Shown here piece by piece: positions 10,278 to 21,618 of a DNA stretch of 64,000 bases (the first letter of the stretch is position 1; each line of letters begins with the position of its first letter). Origin of the DNA: a virus. Below the pieces are notes generated by a model. The model was not told the DNA's origin and did not search any database. It worked only from the letters and a program-made list of their open reading frames with translations. The stretch lies in the IMG/VR virus record IMGVR_UViG_3300002053_001113, positions 1 to 64,000 of that record. One strand, written 5' to 3'. The translations under genes and the position numbers were made by a program.

Positions 10278-11510
10278 ATGGATATAAAAAACTTTAAATT
10301 GTCTAATGTGTTTGGAGGAAAGGTACCAGGATTAGATGCACCAATAGATATAAAGGGGTCTACTTCAAGTATTGAGGCTGATGCTTTTAAAGCAGCAGGT
10401 TTGACTGCTAATGCAAGTCAAATTATGGGTGGCGACCGCTTGTTACGTGCTGACCCGATGGGTATTGGAGATTTAAAATTTAATACTGAGAAGATAGGAT
10501 GGACAAGGATGAAAAAACAAGAAGGTTTACCATTATTTGGTGATATTGATAGAGATAGAAAATTAAATGTTTTTGATTGTGAACCATATAATAGAATGAA
10601 ACAAGCAGTAGCGCACAAAGTTGGTGAAGCTACCACTTATACTTATGAGGCACCAACTGGTTCTGATGTTGAAATGACAGTTTATCCAACTGATGTTATA
10701 ACTGATGCAGAAGATATAACAACTGATGAGGAGGCAAGAAAGAATGCTTTACAGAGATTTTGGGAGGCAACTGGCATTCCACAAGCAGCAGCAAAAGCAA
10801 GAGCACAGAGTGCATGGGAGGAGCAGGTTAGAGAAAAAGCAAGAGAAGAGGCTTTAGGACAAGTTTATAAGATTAAAGCAGAGGACATATATAAAGAGGA
10901 GCTAAAAAAGGCTGTACCAATGCCAACACCTAGACCAACTACAACTTTAAGAGGAACCCCAAGAGCAGCAGCAGCAGCAACAGGAGGTGCTATAACAGGA
11001 ATACAAACAGGATTAGGTCAATTTGGTAGAGATTTAACAGGAGCAAGTTATGCGGGAGCACCAGTAGCGCTTGGGTCAAAAATTGATAGTTTAATTGGAT
11101 TAAGGACAAGTCCATATACTGCTCCGGCAGTGATTGGTCAAGTTGGAACAGCACCGTTTGAATATAGAGTTGCAGAGGCAGTAGGACCACCAGGAAGTGC
11201 TACTTACAGTTTAAGAGTTGCAGAGGCAGTAGGTACACAGGAGGATGTTGCAAAAGCAGCGGAAGAGGCTAGGAAAAGACCGGTAGTACAAACGCAGCTA
11301 CCACCAACAAGACCAGCCTCTTACCCTGCTTATCCTCAAATGGGTTCACAAGTACCTATGAGACAAACAATGGTTCAACCACCACCACAGTTTGCTCCTG
11401 AGAGAGAAGTAGTAAGTCCTTACAGTAAAAGACCGGTAAGTTATATAAGAGGACCTTATAAAAGAAGACCTAGAGTACAATACCCAATACCACAGTACCC
11501 CCAATATTAA
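10278..11510 (+). CDS. Hypothetical Ala/Pro-rich protein with DxDxD motif
   Basis: ORF track; GGAGGT RBS; DIDRDRKLNVFDCEP. Confidence 0.78.
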   Translation: MDIKNFKLSNVFGGKVPGLDAPIDIKGSTSSIEADAFKAAGLTANASQIMGGDRLLRADPMGIGDLKFNTEKIGWTRMKKQEGLPLFGDIDRDRKLNVFDCEPYNRMKQAVAHKVGEATTYTYEAPTGSDVEMTVYPTDVITDAEDITTDEEARKNALQRFWEATGIPQAAAKARAQSAWEEQVREKAREEALGQVYKIKAEDIYKEELKKAVPMPTPRPTTTLRGTPRAAAAATGGAITGIQTGLGQFGRDLTGASYAGAPVALGSKIDSLIGLRTSPYTAPAVIGQVGTAPFEYRVAEAVGPPGSATYSLRVAEAVGTQEDVAKAAEEARKRPVVQTQLPPTRPASYPAYPQMGSQVPMRQTMVQPPPQFAPEREVVSPYSKRPVSYIRGPYKRRPRVQYPIPQYPQY

Positions 11511-11527
11511 AGATTAGTGGTGATTAT

Positions 11528-14500
11528 ATGAATAAAGGACTACTCATACTTATAACATTGATTATATCTGTATTGGTTTCTAATTTAGTGAGTGGTGTTG
11601 AATGGAGTTATTTAAATCAGAGCGCTGCATTTAGTCCAATCGAAGAACCAACAGATATTTTCTGGTATGATTTAACAGGAGAATTATATGCAGTGGGGCA
11701 GAGTGCTGATAATTTTTGGAATTGGTCAATTGGGCAGAATTATATGATACAACAAAATTTTTGGGCACTAACTGAACCAAGAGTAAATGGTATGTGGGTA
11801 AAAGATGAGTTGTTATATTTAACTGAAATAGACACAGATAGTCTTTTAAGATACAATATATCAAGTCATGCAAAAACAGATTTAGGTAATATTTTTTCAG
11901 GATATGAGGATTATCCATATGGTATAGCATTTCATGAAAAATCACAAAAGTGGTATTTGGTAGGCAGTGCTTCAGATAAAATAACAGAGTATGATGAGAG
12001 TTGGAGCTATACTGGAAATAATTGGAGTGTATGTACAGGACCAACAGGAATAACAATAGTTGAAGACGATTTTTATGTAATGTGTGGAAATGACACAGTA
12101 CATAAATATAATTATTCTGATTGGGCAGATTTAGGAGAAGTTGTTGATTTATCAAGCAATGATACTGCTATGCATGGTATTAGTTATGATTTTACTAACC
12201 AAAGATGGTTGGCTACTGGTAGAGCTAATGATGTAATATATATGTATGAGGGAGGTAATTATAGTGGAATGTTTCTACCATCCAATCTTAATGACAATTT
12301 GGAACATTATTATACTGTTGACAACACTAATATATCTGGTAGTACAGTTTATGATGTAGTTGGCTCTGAAGACGGAACAAACAATGGTGGAACACTTGGT
12401 GTGTCTGGTATCATAAATGAGGCTGTACAATATGATGGTTCTAATAATAATTATACTTCTTATCCAGTTACTAATTTAGATTTTTCGCAAGATTATAGTA
12501 TAAGTTTGTGGTTTAATTTAAATGCAGTTGGAAATCCTGATACACTTTTAAATAAAGGCGCAAGCTTATATTTTTATACAAATGGTGCTGGTGATTTAAG
12601 TGTTAATTATTATGATGGTGGTTCATGGATTGAAGTATGTAGTCCTTTTATGTCAACAGGAACTTGGTATCATTTGGTTTTGACTTGGGACGAAAGTATT
12701 AGTAAGGCAACTTGTTATATTAATGGTACACTAAATGGAAGCACATCAGGGACAGATTGGACTAATAATACTAATGATATATATATAGGAACAGAACCAG
12801 GAGGGTTAAACGGGCTTAACGGTAAAGTTGATGAGATTGGAGTTTGGAGTAGATTATTAAAATCTGATGAAATATCAACACTATATAACTATCAGGCTGC
12901 AGGTCTTCAACCACCATTTTCTGATGTATATTCTAATTATACAATTAATATAACCAATAATGATATTTATAATCACACTAATGAGGTTATTACAATTAAT
13001 GGAAGTGATTTGGGAGATTGTTTAAATAATTTAAATGGTGCTAGGCTTTACAAAAATAATGTGGAGCATCCTTTTGAATGGAGGAATAGTAGTGTTAAAT
13101 CAAGAGGGTTTTATTTTATTAATAATGATACATTAGAAGTTGGGCAGAGTGATATTTATAATTTAAGATGTTATGATAATATATATACAGATGGTAGTAG
13201 TAATGTTTTTTTAGTGAAGACAGATTTTGAGGATGGAACAGAGCAAGGTTGGCAACTTTTAAGTGCACTTGCTGGTGCTGATAGTGGGAGTGCTTATAAT
13301 AGTAATTATGGATATTATTGTAATGCATCAACATTTAATGGAGGATGTTATTTTAATAATACAGATGTGACAAGTGGTGAGGTTTGGCTTGCTGTAGATT
13401 TTGTTGGTGCACACGTAGGAGACCAGCCTAATATTGGTATGACAAATGGAGTAATACTTGGTGGTGGTAGCCATTGGGCAGTTGTTTATGAAAAATTAAA
13501 TGCAGGAAATCATAATTGGACTATGTTTGGCCAGAGTGAGGTTGTTGTTGGACCAGGAAATGCTTATGAATGGTACAATATACTTATGAGATGGAATATA
13601 ACAGCACACACTTATGGTGTAGAGATTTATAATAGTTCAAATAATATAAAAGTAGTTAATAATTTGTCAACACAATTAGATGATTTTGGAACACCAACCT
13701 TTCAATATATTGAGATGAGAGATTGGAGTGGTAGTATTAATAGTTTTACAAAAATTGATAATGTTTTTGCTAGTACTACTCCTTTGGATACTTATAGTGT
13801 ACCAAGTGATGTAAGTGTTACAGAACCAGTTGGTCCTTTGCCAGAGTGGTGGAACGACGGTTATTTAAATCGTTCATGCTTTTTTATTGATTCAAATTAT
13901 AATGAGAATGATTATAGTATATTATTGTTAATTAATGATAGTTATGTTGATAATACTACATATTGGCTATATGGTGAGGAAGATAAACGTGTTGTATTAC
14001 ATCATACACAGACAGAGCTTCCATATTGGCACCAGTATTATCAACCAACACTACACGTTGATGAGCTTTGGTTTATGATGAATTTAACAACAAACTCAGC
14101 TGAGAGTTATGTGTGTGTTTATTATAATAATGCAAGCGTTTCAAATACAGAAAATGCAACCAATACATTTTATTATACTGCATATGATGATTCTAGTTGG
14201 ACTGAATTTGTTAATCCTGGAGGAAGTGAAGCAGCAACTGAAAAATTTAGAAAATTAAATCATAATATATCAGGCGATAATTTTTCATTTGGATACCGAT
14301 ACAATAATATTAATATTAACTATGTAAATTTTAATTATCATGGAGTTAATAGAGTAATGGTGTCTCAAGCAGGTTATTGGCCACCCTCATATTATATTAC
14401 AGAAGATTTAGATATAGGTGGTGGAAACACTATTGGTTTTAACCGATATCAAGGTGTTCATGGAAGTGGTGGAATCTATGAACAGCTTAATACACAAGCT

Positions 14501-16951
14501 GATGCTGTCAATTCCTGGGTAGTAGAGATGACAGTATTTGGTGGAAAAGCAAATTTAACTAATCATAAAATAAGTAATCGTAGTCAATATGATGAGAATT
14601 TTACAAGTAAGACTTGGGATAAAACTGGTGTTGAATTTGATAGATTAAGTGTTAGTTGTCAAGATAATGGTGCTGCAGTGTGGACAGCAAGTGGTAGTAG
14701 GCCTGTTTTGGAGTGTACAAGTAGTACAGGAAATGAAGTTGATAGAAAATATCATTGGTTTTGGGTACGTAAATTTAAGGGAGACCCAGTTGTAACTTAT
14801 ACAGAGACTTTACCGGGTGCACCGTCAACTATATCTGTAGATGAAGTTAATATAACACCACAATATCCAACTCCAACTGATAATTTAAATTGTACTTTTA
14901 TCACAAGTGGTACGTTTGATACAACTTATAATGCAAGTATAACTTGGTATAAGAGTACTGACAACATAAGTTGGAGTAATGTAAACACTTATGATTATAC
15001 AATGACAGGATTGAGTAATGGTACTTATTATACCACTGGGAGTGGAACCGGAAGTGTGACTGAGACATTAGAGGACTATAATTATTGGAAGTGTAATGTG
15101 TTTGCTGAAGTAAATCCAAACTCCACACTAAATAGTTCACCTGTGGGGTTGCATCCATTTGAAAACTTAACACTACATTCCCCGGCAGATAACAATGCTT
15201 CAAATCAAACTCTAAATGTAACGTTTAGTGTAATTGATTTTGATGAAGGAATAGTGTGTGCCTTGAATAGTTCATTTGGAATGACAAGTTGGGAAAATGT
15301 ATCTAGTGGTGTTAATACAACTATAGCATTAGGAAGTAGTTGGAGTTATGAGGAGAATGCAGATAGTAATGGTTATGAACAATTATCAGGACCTTATAGA
15401 ACGAACTTTTATGTAAATTATACAAAACCAGCTGGAACAATAAATGCAAGTTGGCTAATAAAGATTGGTACCTCCTCAGCAGTTCCAACTAATTATTCAA
15501 TACCAAGTGATTGTTTGAATTATAGTAATAATTTGCAAATGAGAGCAATGATACATGGAAAACAGAATTATTATTTGTATTGTTATAATGGAACCTGGAA
15601 GCAATTAGCCAATGTAAATGATAGTACAAGTTGTGGCGTATTTACGAATAATAATTGGTTTAGTAGGTTGACAGATGGAGATTGGAATACTTATGGTATT
15701 AGTTATGATGCAAATGGATGGTGGGGGAGCTGTTCAAGTGATAATAATGGTAGAATATATGAGGAGGCAATGTATTTTAACGTAATTCCAACAGATGGTA
15801 TATATACTTGGAATGTTTTATGTAATTCAACAACAGGATACCCAAGTGATTTAACAAGTGAGACGAGGATATATATACAGGACACACAGGCTCCGGTTGT
15901 ACAGCAGTTATATATAACACCACAATATCCAAGATATAATGATACTTTAAATTGTAATTTTAATATAACTGATGAAAATGAATTTAATGTAAGTGTAACT
16001 TGGTATAATAGTAGTGATAATATAACGTGGAATAATGTTCCAACTTATGATTACACGTTTACAAGTATAACAAGTGGACAGCTGTACACAACAGGGGTTG
16101 GAACTGGAAGTGTTACACAACAACTTGGTAATTATAGTTATTGGAAATGTGAAGTTACCACCTCTACATTGTTTTATGGAACATCACAAAATAGTAGTGT
16201 GACAGGAATACACCCTTTTCATAATTTAACTTTATATTTACCAGCTGACAATACATTATCAAATGAAACTTTAAATGTGACTTTTAGTGTTATTGATTTA
16301 GATGAAGGAATAACTTGTTTTTTAAACACAACACAGGGATATACAAATTGGACAAGTGTTTCAAGTGGTGTAACAACATCAATAAATATATCATTAGTTG
16401 ATGCAACTATTAATTGGAGTATAACGTGTAATTCAACAAGTGGATATCCATATACACTAACAAGTGAAACAAGGACTTATATATATGACAACCAGGCTCC
16501 AGTTGTTAATTCAGTTTACACGTTACCACAATATTTAAATTGGAATGATAATATGAGTTGTAATTTTAATGTAAGTGATAATAATCAAATGAACGTAAGT
16601 ATTACTTGGTATAACAGTAGTGATAATATAACTTGGAATAATGTTCCAACTTATGATACAACATTTAATAATGTTGTGAGTAATACATTATATAGTACAA
16701 CAGTTGGTAATGGAACATTAACCCAAAATAAAGATAACTATACATATTGGAAGTGTGGTATTAATGTTATCAGTTTATTATTTAGCACAACACAGAATGC
16801 AACTTGGAAGGGTGTACACCCATTACATAATTTAAGTATATATACACCAGCAAATAACACAATAACAAATCAACCATGGTTTATAACCTATAGTGTTGTT
16901 GATGAAGACGAAGGAATTGTTTGCCAACTTAATACGGTGAAAATAGGATGA
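11528..16951 (+). CDS. Giant secreted glycoprotein/adhesin (beta-propeller-like N-terminus, LamG, DUF2341-like, Ig-like repeats)
   Basis: Signal peptide; LamG (SISLWF...WYHLVLTWD...YING...GKVDEIGVWSRLL); DUF2341-like WWNDGYLNR...ELPYW...VYYNN; three Ig-like repeat pairs; abundant N-x-S/T. Confidence 0.85.
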   Translation: MNKGLLILITLIISVLVSNLVSGVEWSYLNQSAAFSPIEEPTDIFWYDLTGELYAVGQSADNFWNWSIGQNYMIQQNFWALTEPRVNGMWVKDELLYLTEIDTDSLLRYNISSHAKTDLGNIFSGYEDYPYGIAFHEKSQKWYLVGSASDKITEYDESWSYTGNNWSVCTGPTGITIVEDDFYVMCGNDTVHKYNYSDWADLGEVVDLSSNDTAMHGISYDFTNQRWLATGRANDVIYMYEGGNYSGMFLPSNLNDNLEHYYTVDNTNISGSTVYDVVGSEDGTNNGGTLGVSGIINEAVQYDGSNNNYTSYPVTNLDFSQDYSISLWFNLNAVGNPDTLLNKGASLYFYTNGAGDLSVNYYDGGSWIEVCSPFMSTGTWYHLVLTWDESISKATCYINGTLNGSTSGTDWTNNTNDIYIGTEPGGLNGLNGKVDEIGVWSRLLKSDEISTLYNYQAAGLQPPFSDVYSNYTINITNNDIYNHTNEVITINGSDLGDCLNNLNGARLYKNNVEHPFEWRNSSVKSRGFYFINNDTLEVGQSDIYNLRCYDNIYTDGSSNVFLVKTDFEDGTEQGWQLLSALAGADSGSAYNSNYGYYCNASTFNGGCYFNNTDVTSGEVWLAVDFVGAHVGDQPNIGMTNGVILGGGSHWAVVYEKLNAGNHNWTMFGQSEVVVGPGNAYEWYNILMRWNITAHTYGVEIYNSSNNIKVVNNLSTQLDDFGTPTFQYIEMRDWSGSINSFTKIDNVFASTTPLDTYSVPSDVSVTEPVGPLPEWWNDGYLNRSCFFIDSNYNENDYSILLLINDSYVDNTTYWLYGEEDKRVVLHHTQTELPYWHQYYQPTLHVDELWFMMNLTTNSAESYVCVYYNNASVSNTENATNTFYYTAYDDSSWTEFVNPGGSEAATEKFRKLNHNISGDNFSFGYRYNNININYVNFNYHGVNRVMVSQAGYWPPSYYITEDLDIGGGNTIGFNRYQGVHGSGGIYEQLNTQADAVNSWVVEMTVFGGKANLTNHKISNRSQYDENFTSKTWDKTGVEFDRLSVSCQDNGAAVWTASGSRPVLECTSSTGNEVDRKYHWFWVRKFKGDPVVTYTETLPGAPSTISVDEVNITPQYPTPTDNLNCTFITSGTFDTTYNASITWYKSTDNISWSNVNTYDYTMTGLSNGTYYTTGSGTGSVTETLEDYNYWKCNVFAEVNPNSTLNSSPVGLHPFENLTLHSPADNNASNQTLNVTFSVIDFDEGIVCALNSSFGMTSWENVSSGVNTTIALGSSWSYEENADSNGYEQLSGPYRTNFYVNYTKPAGTINASWLIKIGTSSAVPTNYSIPSDCLNYSNNLQMRAMIHGKQNYYLYCYNGTWKQLANVNDSTSCGVFTNNNWFSRLTDGDWNTYGISYDANGWWGSCSSDNNGRIYEEAMYFNVIPTDGIYTWNVLCNSTTGYPSDLTSETRIYIQDTQAPVVQQLYITPQYPRYNDTLNCNFNITDENEFNVSVTWYNSSDNITWNNVPTYDYTFTSITSGQLYTTGVGTGSVTQQLGNYSYWKCEVTTSTLFYGTSQNSSVTGIHPFHNLTLYLPADNTLSNETLNVTFSVIDLDEGITCFLNTTQGYTNWTSVSSGVTTSINISLVDATINWSITCNSTSGYPYTLTSETRTYIYDNQAPVVNSVYTLPQYLNWNDNMSCNFNVSDNNQMNVSITWYNSSDNITWNNVPTYDTTFNNVVSNTLYSTTVGNGTLTQNKDNYTYWKCGINVISLLFSTTQNATWKGVHPLHNLSIYTPANNTITNQPWFITYSVVDEDEGIVCQLNTVKIG

Positions 16952-19900
16952 GGAAAATTTTATTAATTGGAATATGTATTTTTTTATTAGTTGTAGGTAT
17001 GGCAAGCGCTAAGAATTTAAAATATACTGAAAATTACATACCAGATAATATGGTTATTAAAGAAGGTGATAGTGGTTGGTTTCACCATAACAAAACTTTC
17101 TTTAATGTTACACCATTTAGTTATGATGAAGAAGACGGCTATGTAGAATTACAGATAGAAAATAAATTCTCAAATAAAAATGATTGGGACATAATAATAG
17201 GATTTGATGAAAATACTAGAATACAAGTATTATATTTTAATGAGATAGAAAAAATAGAGGAGGATTTTTTGATAGAGGAAGGAGTGACAGAAAAAGCTAT
17301 AAGGAAGAGTATTAAACAAGCCTTTGAAAAAAATAATTTAAAACACAGTTTGGAGAACAAAGAGGAGTGGAAGGAGTTTAAGAATGCTAAACTTAAAAAG
17401 AATGATTTATTGACGTTTGAATTTCAGTTATACACTGAATTTCAACCATATACAACAATTACAGAGAAGTATGATATTTGTATTAAACCATCAGATATGA
17501 CAATTGAAGAGGCAGATGAGGCAGGTATGTTGATATGTATAGACCCCTGGTATAATGTAACTTATTATGCTATACAGGAGTTTGCTAATGAAACTGCAGC
17601 ATCAGGAACTTGGTATTATGGTGGTGCTGATAATGCACCCAGAGTTTTAGATGGTCTTTATGGTACTCATGATAGTGCAAGCACACAGAATGGTGTTGAG
17701 CGTTATGTTTATATGAATTATACTAAACCAGCGTTGGCACTAAACACAAGTAAATGGAGATATAGTTGGAGTGCTTATACTAATTCATTAGTAAATGTGA
17801 CAATGTCAGACAATATGGACTGTTGGAATTATGATGCTAATAAATTAATATTTAGACTGGGTAGTATAGGTTTTGCAAGTGATGATACTTATGTGAGAGC
17901 TTATTGTTATAATGGTAGCTGGAAAATGGTTGGTAATAACTACCAATATTTACTTGGCTCAACTGTTGGTGGACACGTTAGAGAGGAGGCAATGTTATGG
18001 AATTTTGATAATACCTGGCCAATAGTACATGATTATAATTTAATACCACCACAACCGTTGGTTGGGGATTTCCTTGCCTATATTAATATAACTGATAATG
18101 ATGGAGTAGGTGGAGGAATAGATTGGTGTAATTTTACATTTAGAATGCCAAATGGAACTTTAATTTTAAATAATTCTCCTGGTTATTATCAAGGAGGTAA
18201 TATTTGGTATAGTGATAATATTACTATGCAACAAATTACAGAATTTTTAGGAACCTGGAATGTAAGTGTAACTTGTGCTGACAATTGGACTGTACCTGCT
18301 ATAAATGGTGCTAATTGGAGTTTTGAAATTTTAAGTATTGGGGGAGCTGTTGTAAGCGGAGTGACAACTTATATTAATCATACACCAGCACAAGATGGGT
18401 TGTATAGATGGAATATTAGTTGTACAGCAAATGGCAACCCAGACCCAATATATAGTGCTAATTACCAAACACTATATGATACAACACCCCCAAATGTAAC
18501 TAACTATGTGAACGAAAGTAAACCATTTTTTCCAGAAATAGATGATGATGTTCACATTAATGTAACAGTAACTGATAACTATAATACCACACATTGTAAA
18601 TTACAAGTTAATGACAATGGTAGCTGGTTTAATGCCTCCACGTATTATGTTGGAAATAATAATAGTGTTGTACAGATGTTATATACGATAAGAAATGTTA
18701 GTCAGGCAAACAATAGTTTAGTTTATTGGACTGCTTGGTGTAATGACAGCGCTGGCAATGTATTTAATGGGTTGCAACAAGCTTATTGGGTACGACAGGA
18801 AGATAATAATGGAAGTTGGTTTAATGGTACATGGACAAATGAAAATAATACAATAGATGGAAACTGGTCAAGTTGGGGATATTTAACAAGTCCAGGATGT
18901 GGAAATGTAGGTTATGGACAATTTTATTTTAACTATACAATTCCAGAAGGAGCATTAAGAGCAAACTTTTCATTTAGAAGAGGCGGGTTGTCAAACAGTT
19001 CTTATATAGTTGATGATGTTGATGCTGGGTGTATTGAGAATAATAATGGAATATTGATTATGCGTGCAGCTATACAAAGTGGGTTTACAAGTCTACCACA
19101 ATGCAACTTTTATGGTTATCAAAGATGGCAATGTTGGAATGGTAGTACTTGGCAAACAATTTATAATAAAGCTTTCTCCTACCCAAATGTGTATAGTGAT
19201 GCTTATATTTATGAGGAGACTACGTATTGGGAATATAATGATGATATACAAACTATTAACGTGACTGATGTTACATTGCCAGCAATTTCAGTGGGCGATG
19301 GAAATAGTTTCAGTACAAATAATCGTTCTGTAATAAGTAATGCCTTACATAATTTAAGTTTAAATATAACCTATTTTGATTATAACTTGTTCCAAACGTT
19401 TATTAATATAAGTTGTGATACAAGTGGAGAGATTTATTATTGGGAGGAACTGAATTGGAATCAGACAAGTTATACACACATTGATGAAGTTGATTTAACT
19501 GGGTTGCCAATGCAAAGATGTGTATTTTTAACAGGAGCAAGTGATGACCACACTGATAACACAATAGGTGATTATAAGGTTAAAAAAATTGATAAAGGAT
19601 TTGAATGGGAAACAGATAGAGGAATAAAGATTAAAATTGAGAATTTAGATACTGGTAGTGGTGATATTGATAGTATGGAAAGTACAAAAAAGGATGACAG
19701 ATATTCATTTAGTTTTAATTACAAGGATAAAAAGAATAAGAGGACATTTATAGTTGAAAGTGATAAGATACTTTATCCAATAATTGACAGTAATTACCCA
19801 GCTCATTTTGTAGCTTGGAACCCAGAAACAAAAAGTGGAAATTGGATAGACTTTGCAGAATATGATGTAAATGGACTTGTTAAGAAAGATAAGGAAATAA

Positions 19901-21618
19901 AAATAAAACAGATTAATGATTATAGATATGAGGTTGAAGTAAAGAGTGATAAAGATATTGATAGTTTAGGATTTAATTCAATAGGTGGAACCAATGTTAA
20001 TAATGCAAGTTACAGCTTTTATATAGGAGGAGCTGTAAATGTAACTGGGCTTAATGTATATGATAATGGTAGTATCAGTAATTTTTCAGTTGTTGTAACA
20101 ACAAACAACTCCTATCCAGGATATAATGGAACCCAGTACATAAATTCCACTCAAGGGTGGGTGCAAAATTTATCAAATGGAACTTACACCTTTACCTTTG
20201 TGCACCCACACTTTTATAATCAAACTTACTTTATAAATATAACTAACAATTCACAAGACTTTCAATGGAGTAGTTATCAAGGAATAGTGAATATAAGAGC
20301 AAGAAATGTTAAGACATTGGTGTATTTAAATGAGCTTAACATTACTGTTACTAATGAAGATTCAGCACAAGCTGATGTGCAGAATAATGTAAGTGTTGGT
20401 GTGTTTTATCTTAATGCAACAAGTTATAATTTAACTTTGGAAAAAACTGATTATGTAACCTATTCAGAAATATTCAATTTAAGTTATCTGGAGAATAAAA
20501 CAATAATAGTTGAAATGCCATTCTTAGCTACTTTTAGATTATGGGATGAAAGAACACACGACCCATTTAATATAAGCAGTCCTGATAAAATAAGTTTCTT
20601 ATTATTCTGCCCCGATGAAACTTATACCACAGAGATAACTGCTGTTAATAGTTCAATACCAATAACTTGCAATTATATTAAATTTAAGTTTGTGTTAGAT
20701 TATGGAGCTACAAGTTATTATCGTACATTTATACTTGACCCAGATGAGGCACTTGATGTAGATATATATCTAATAGATTTATTAACAACACAATATATTT
20801 ATAACAGTTTAATATTAGACGATTTACTATCAAGTTATGATAATCCAAGTATTTATGTAAATAAGATAATTAATGACCAGACTGTACAAATAACGGCTGA
20901 TTACGTTGATGTGGAAAATAAAATTGGAGCATATTTGATAGAGAATCATGAATATATAATAGAGGTGCACAGTGATAATAATCCTGTAAGAGTGCTTGGG
21001 TTCTACTCTGCAGATATAAGTGGAGAAAAAGTATTAAAACTTTATGATATAACATTACAACCAACACCTTCTGGAGTAATTAAAGATATAAGTTATGTTG
21101 TTGATATTGTTAATACTACAGGTGATGATATATTAACTGCTGTTTATGATGATAAACAAAATCTAACGACTGCTGTAACCTTTACTGTGGTTAGAGATAC
21201 CTATAATGGAACTGTGTTATATACAAGTACAGTAAGTGGTGAATCACAAATACAGTTTGAATATAATATTACACCATATGAGAATGTAACACTTTTTGCT
21301 GAGATGCAAATACAAAGACCAACAGGTGACTTTACATATACAAAGAGAATAAGAGAGGTTACACAAATAACTTTGGAGATATTCCAATTTGTAAGTCAAA
21401 GCTGGTTTAATTGGTTCTTTACAATATTGTTAAGTGTAATAGCAATTTATGCTACGATTAAAACAGCAAATCAGGTCACAGCAGCATTACTTGGATTAGC
21501 AGCATTATTTGTAATATTTGGTTGGTATGGAGTAAGTTGGGGTGTGCTTGGTTTATGCATACTTGTGGCGTTACTTGCAATTCTTAAAGAAGGAAGTGGA
21601 GGTCGTAAGATAATATGA
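16948..21618 (+). CDS. Giant membrane-anchored glycoprotein/adhesin
   Basis: Signal peptide, Ig-like/PEGA-like segments, many N-x-S/T, C-terminal TM helices. Confidence 0.85.
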   Translation: MRKILLIGICIFLLVVGMASAKNLKYTENYIPDNMVIKEGDSGWFHHNKTFFNVTPFSYDEEDGYVELQIENKFSNKNDWDIIIGFDENTRIQVLYFNEIEKIEEDFLIEEGVTEKAIRKSIKQAFEKNNLKHSLENKEEWKEFKNAKLKKNDLLTFEFQLYTEFQPYTTITEKYDICIKPSDMTIEEADEAGMLICIDPWYNVTYYAIQEFANETAASGTWYYGGADNAPRVLDGLYGTHDSASTQNGVERYVYMNYTKPALALNTSKWRYSWSAYTNSLVNVTMSDNMDCWNYDANKLIFRLGSIGFASDDTYVRAYCYNGSWKMVGNNYQYLLGSTVGGHVREEAMLWNFDNTWPIVHDYNLIPPQPLVGDFLAYINITDNDGVGGGIDWCNFTFRMPNGTLILNNSPGYYQGGNIWYSDNITMQQITEFLGTWNVSVTCADNWTVPAINGANWSFEILSIGGAVVSGVTTYINHTPAQDGLYRWNISCTANGNPDPIYSANYQTLYDTTPPNVTNYVNESKPFFPEIDDDVHINVTVTDNYNTTHCKLQVNDNGSWFNASTYYVGNNNSVVQMLYTIRNVSQANNSLVYWTAWCNDSAGNVFNGLQQAYWVRQEDNNGSWFNGTWTNENNTIDGNWSSWGYLTSPGCGNVGYGQFYFNYTIPEGALRANFSFRRGGLSNSSYIVDDVDAGCIENNNGILIMRAAIQSGFTSLPQCNFYGYQRWQCWNGSTWQTIYNKAFSYPNVYSDAYIYEETTYWEYNDDIQTINVTDVTLPAISVGDGNSFSTNNRSVISNALHNLSLNITYFDYNLFQTFINISCDTSGEIYYWEELNWNQTSYTHIDEVDLTGLPMQRCVFLTGASDDHTDNTIGDYKVKKIDKGFEWETDRGIKIKIENLDTGSGDIDSMESTKKDDRYSFSFNYKDKKNKRTFIVESDKILYPIIDSNYPAHFVAWNPETKSGNWIDFAEYDVNGLVKKDKEIKIKQINDYRYEVEVKSDKDIDSLGFNSIGGTNVNNASYSFYIGGAVNVTGLNVYDNGSISNFSVVVTTNNSYPGYNGTQYINSTQGWVQNLSNGTYTFTFVHPHFYNQTYFINITNNSQDFQWSSYQGIVNIRARNVKTLVYLNELNITVTNEDSAQADVQNNVSVGVFYLNATSYNLTLEKTDYVTYSEIFNLSYLENKTIIVEMPFLATFRLWDERTHDPFNISSPDKISFLLFCPDETYTTEITAVNSSIPITCNYIKFKFVLDYGATSYYRTFILDPDEALDVDIYLIDLLTTQYIYNSLILDDLLSSYDNPSIYVNKIINDQTVQITADYVDVENKIGAYLIENHEYIIEVHSDNNPVRVLGFYSADISGEKVLKLYDITLQPTPSGVIKDISYVVDIVNTTGDDILTAVYDDKQNLTTAVTFTVVRDTYNGTVLYTSTVSGESQIQFEYNITPYENVTLFAEMQIQRPTGDFTYTKRIREVTQITLEIFQFVSQSWFNWFFTILLSVIAIYATIKTANQVTAALLGLAALFVIFGWYGVSWGVLGLCILVALLAILKEGSGGRKII

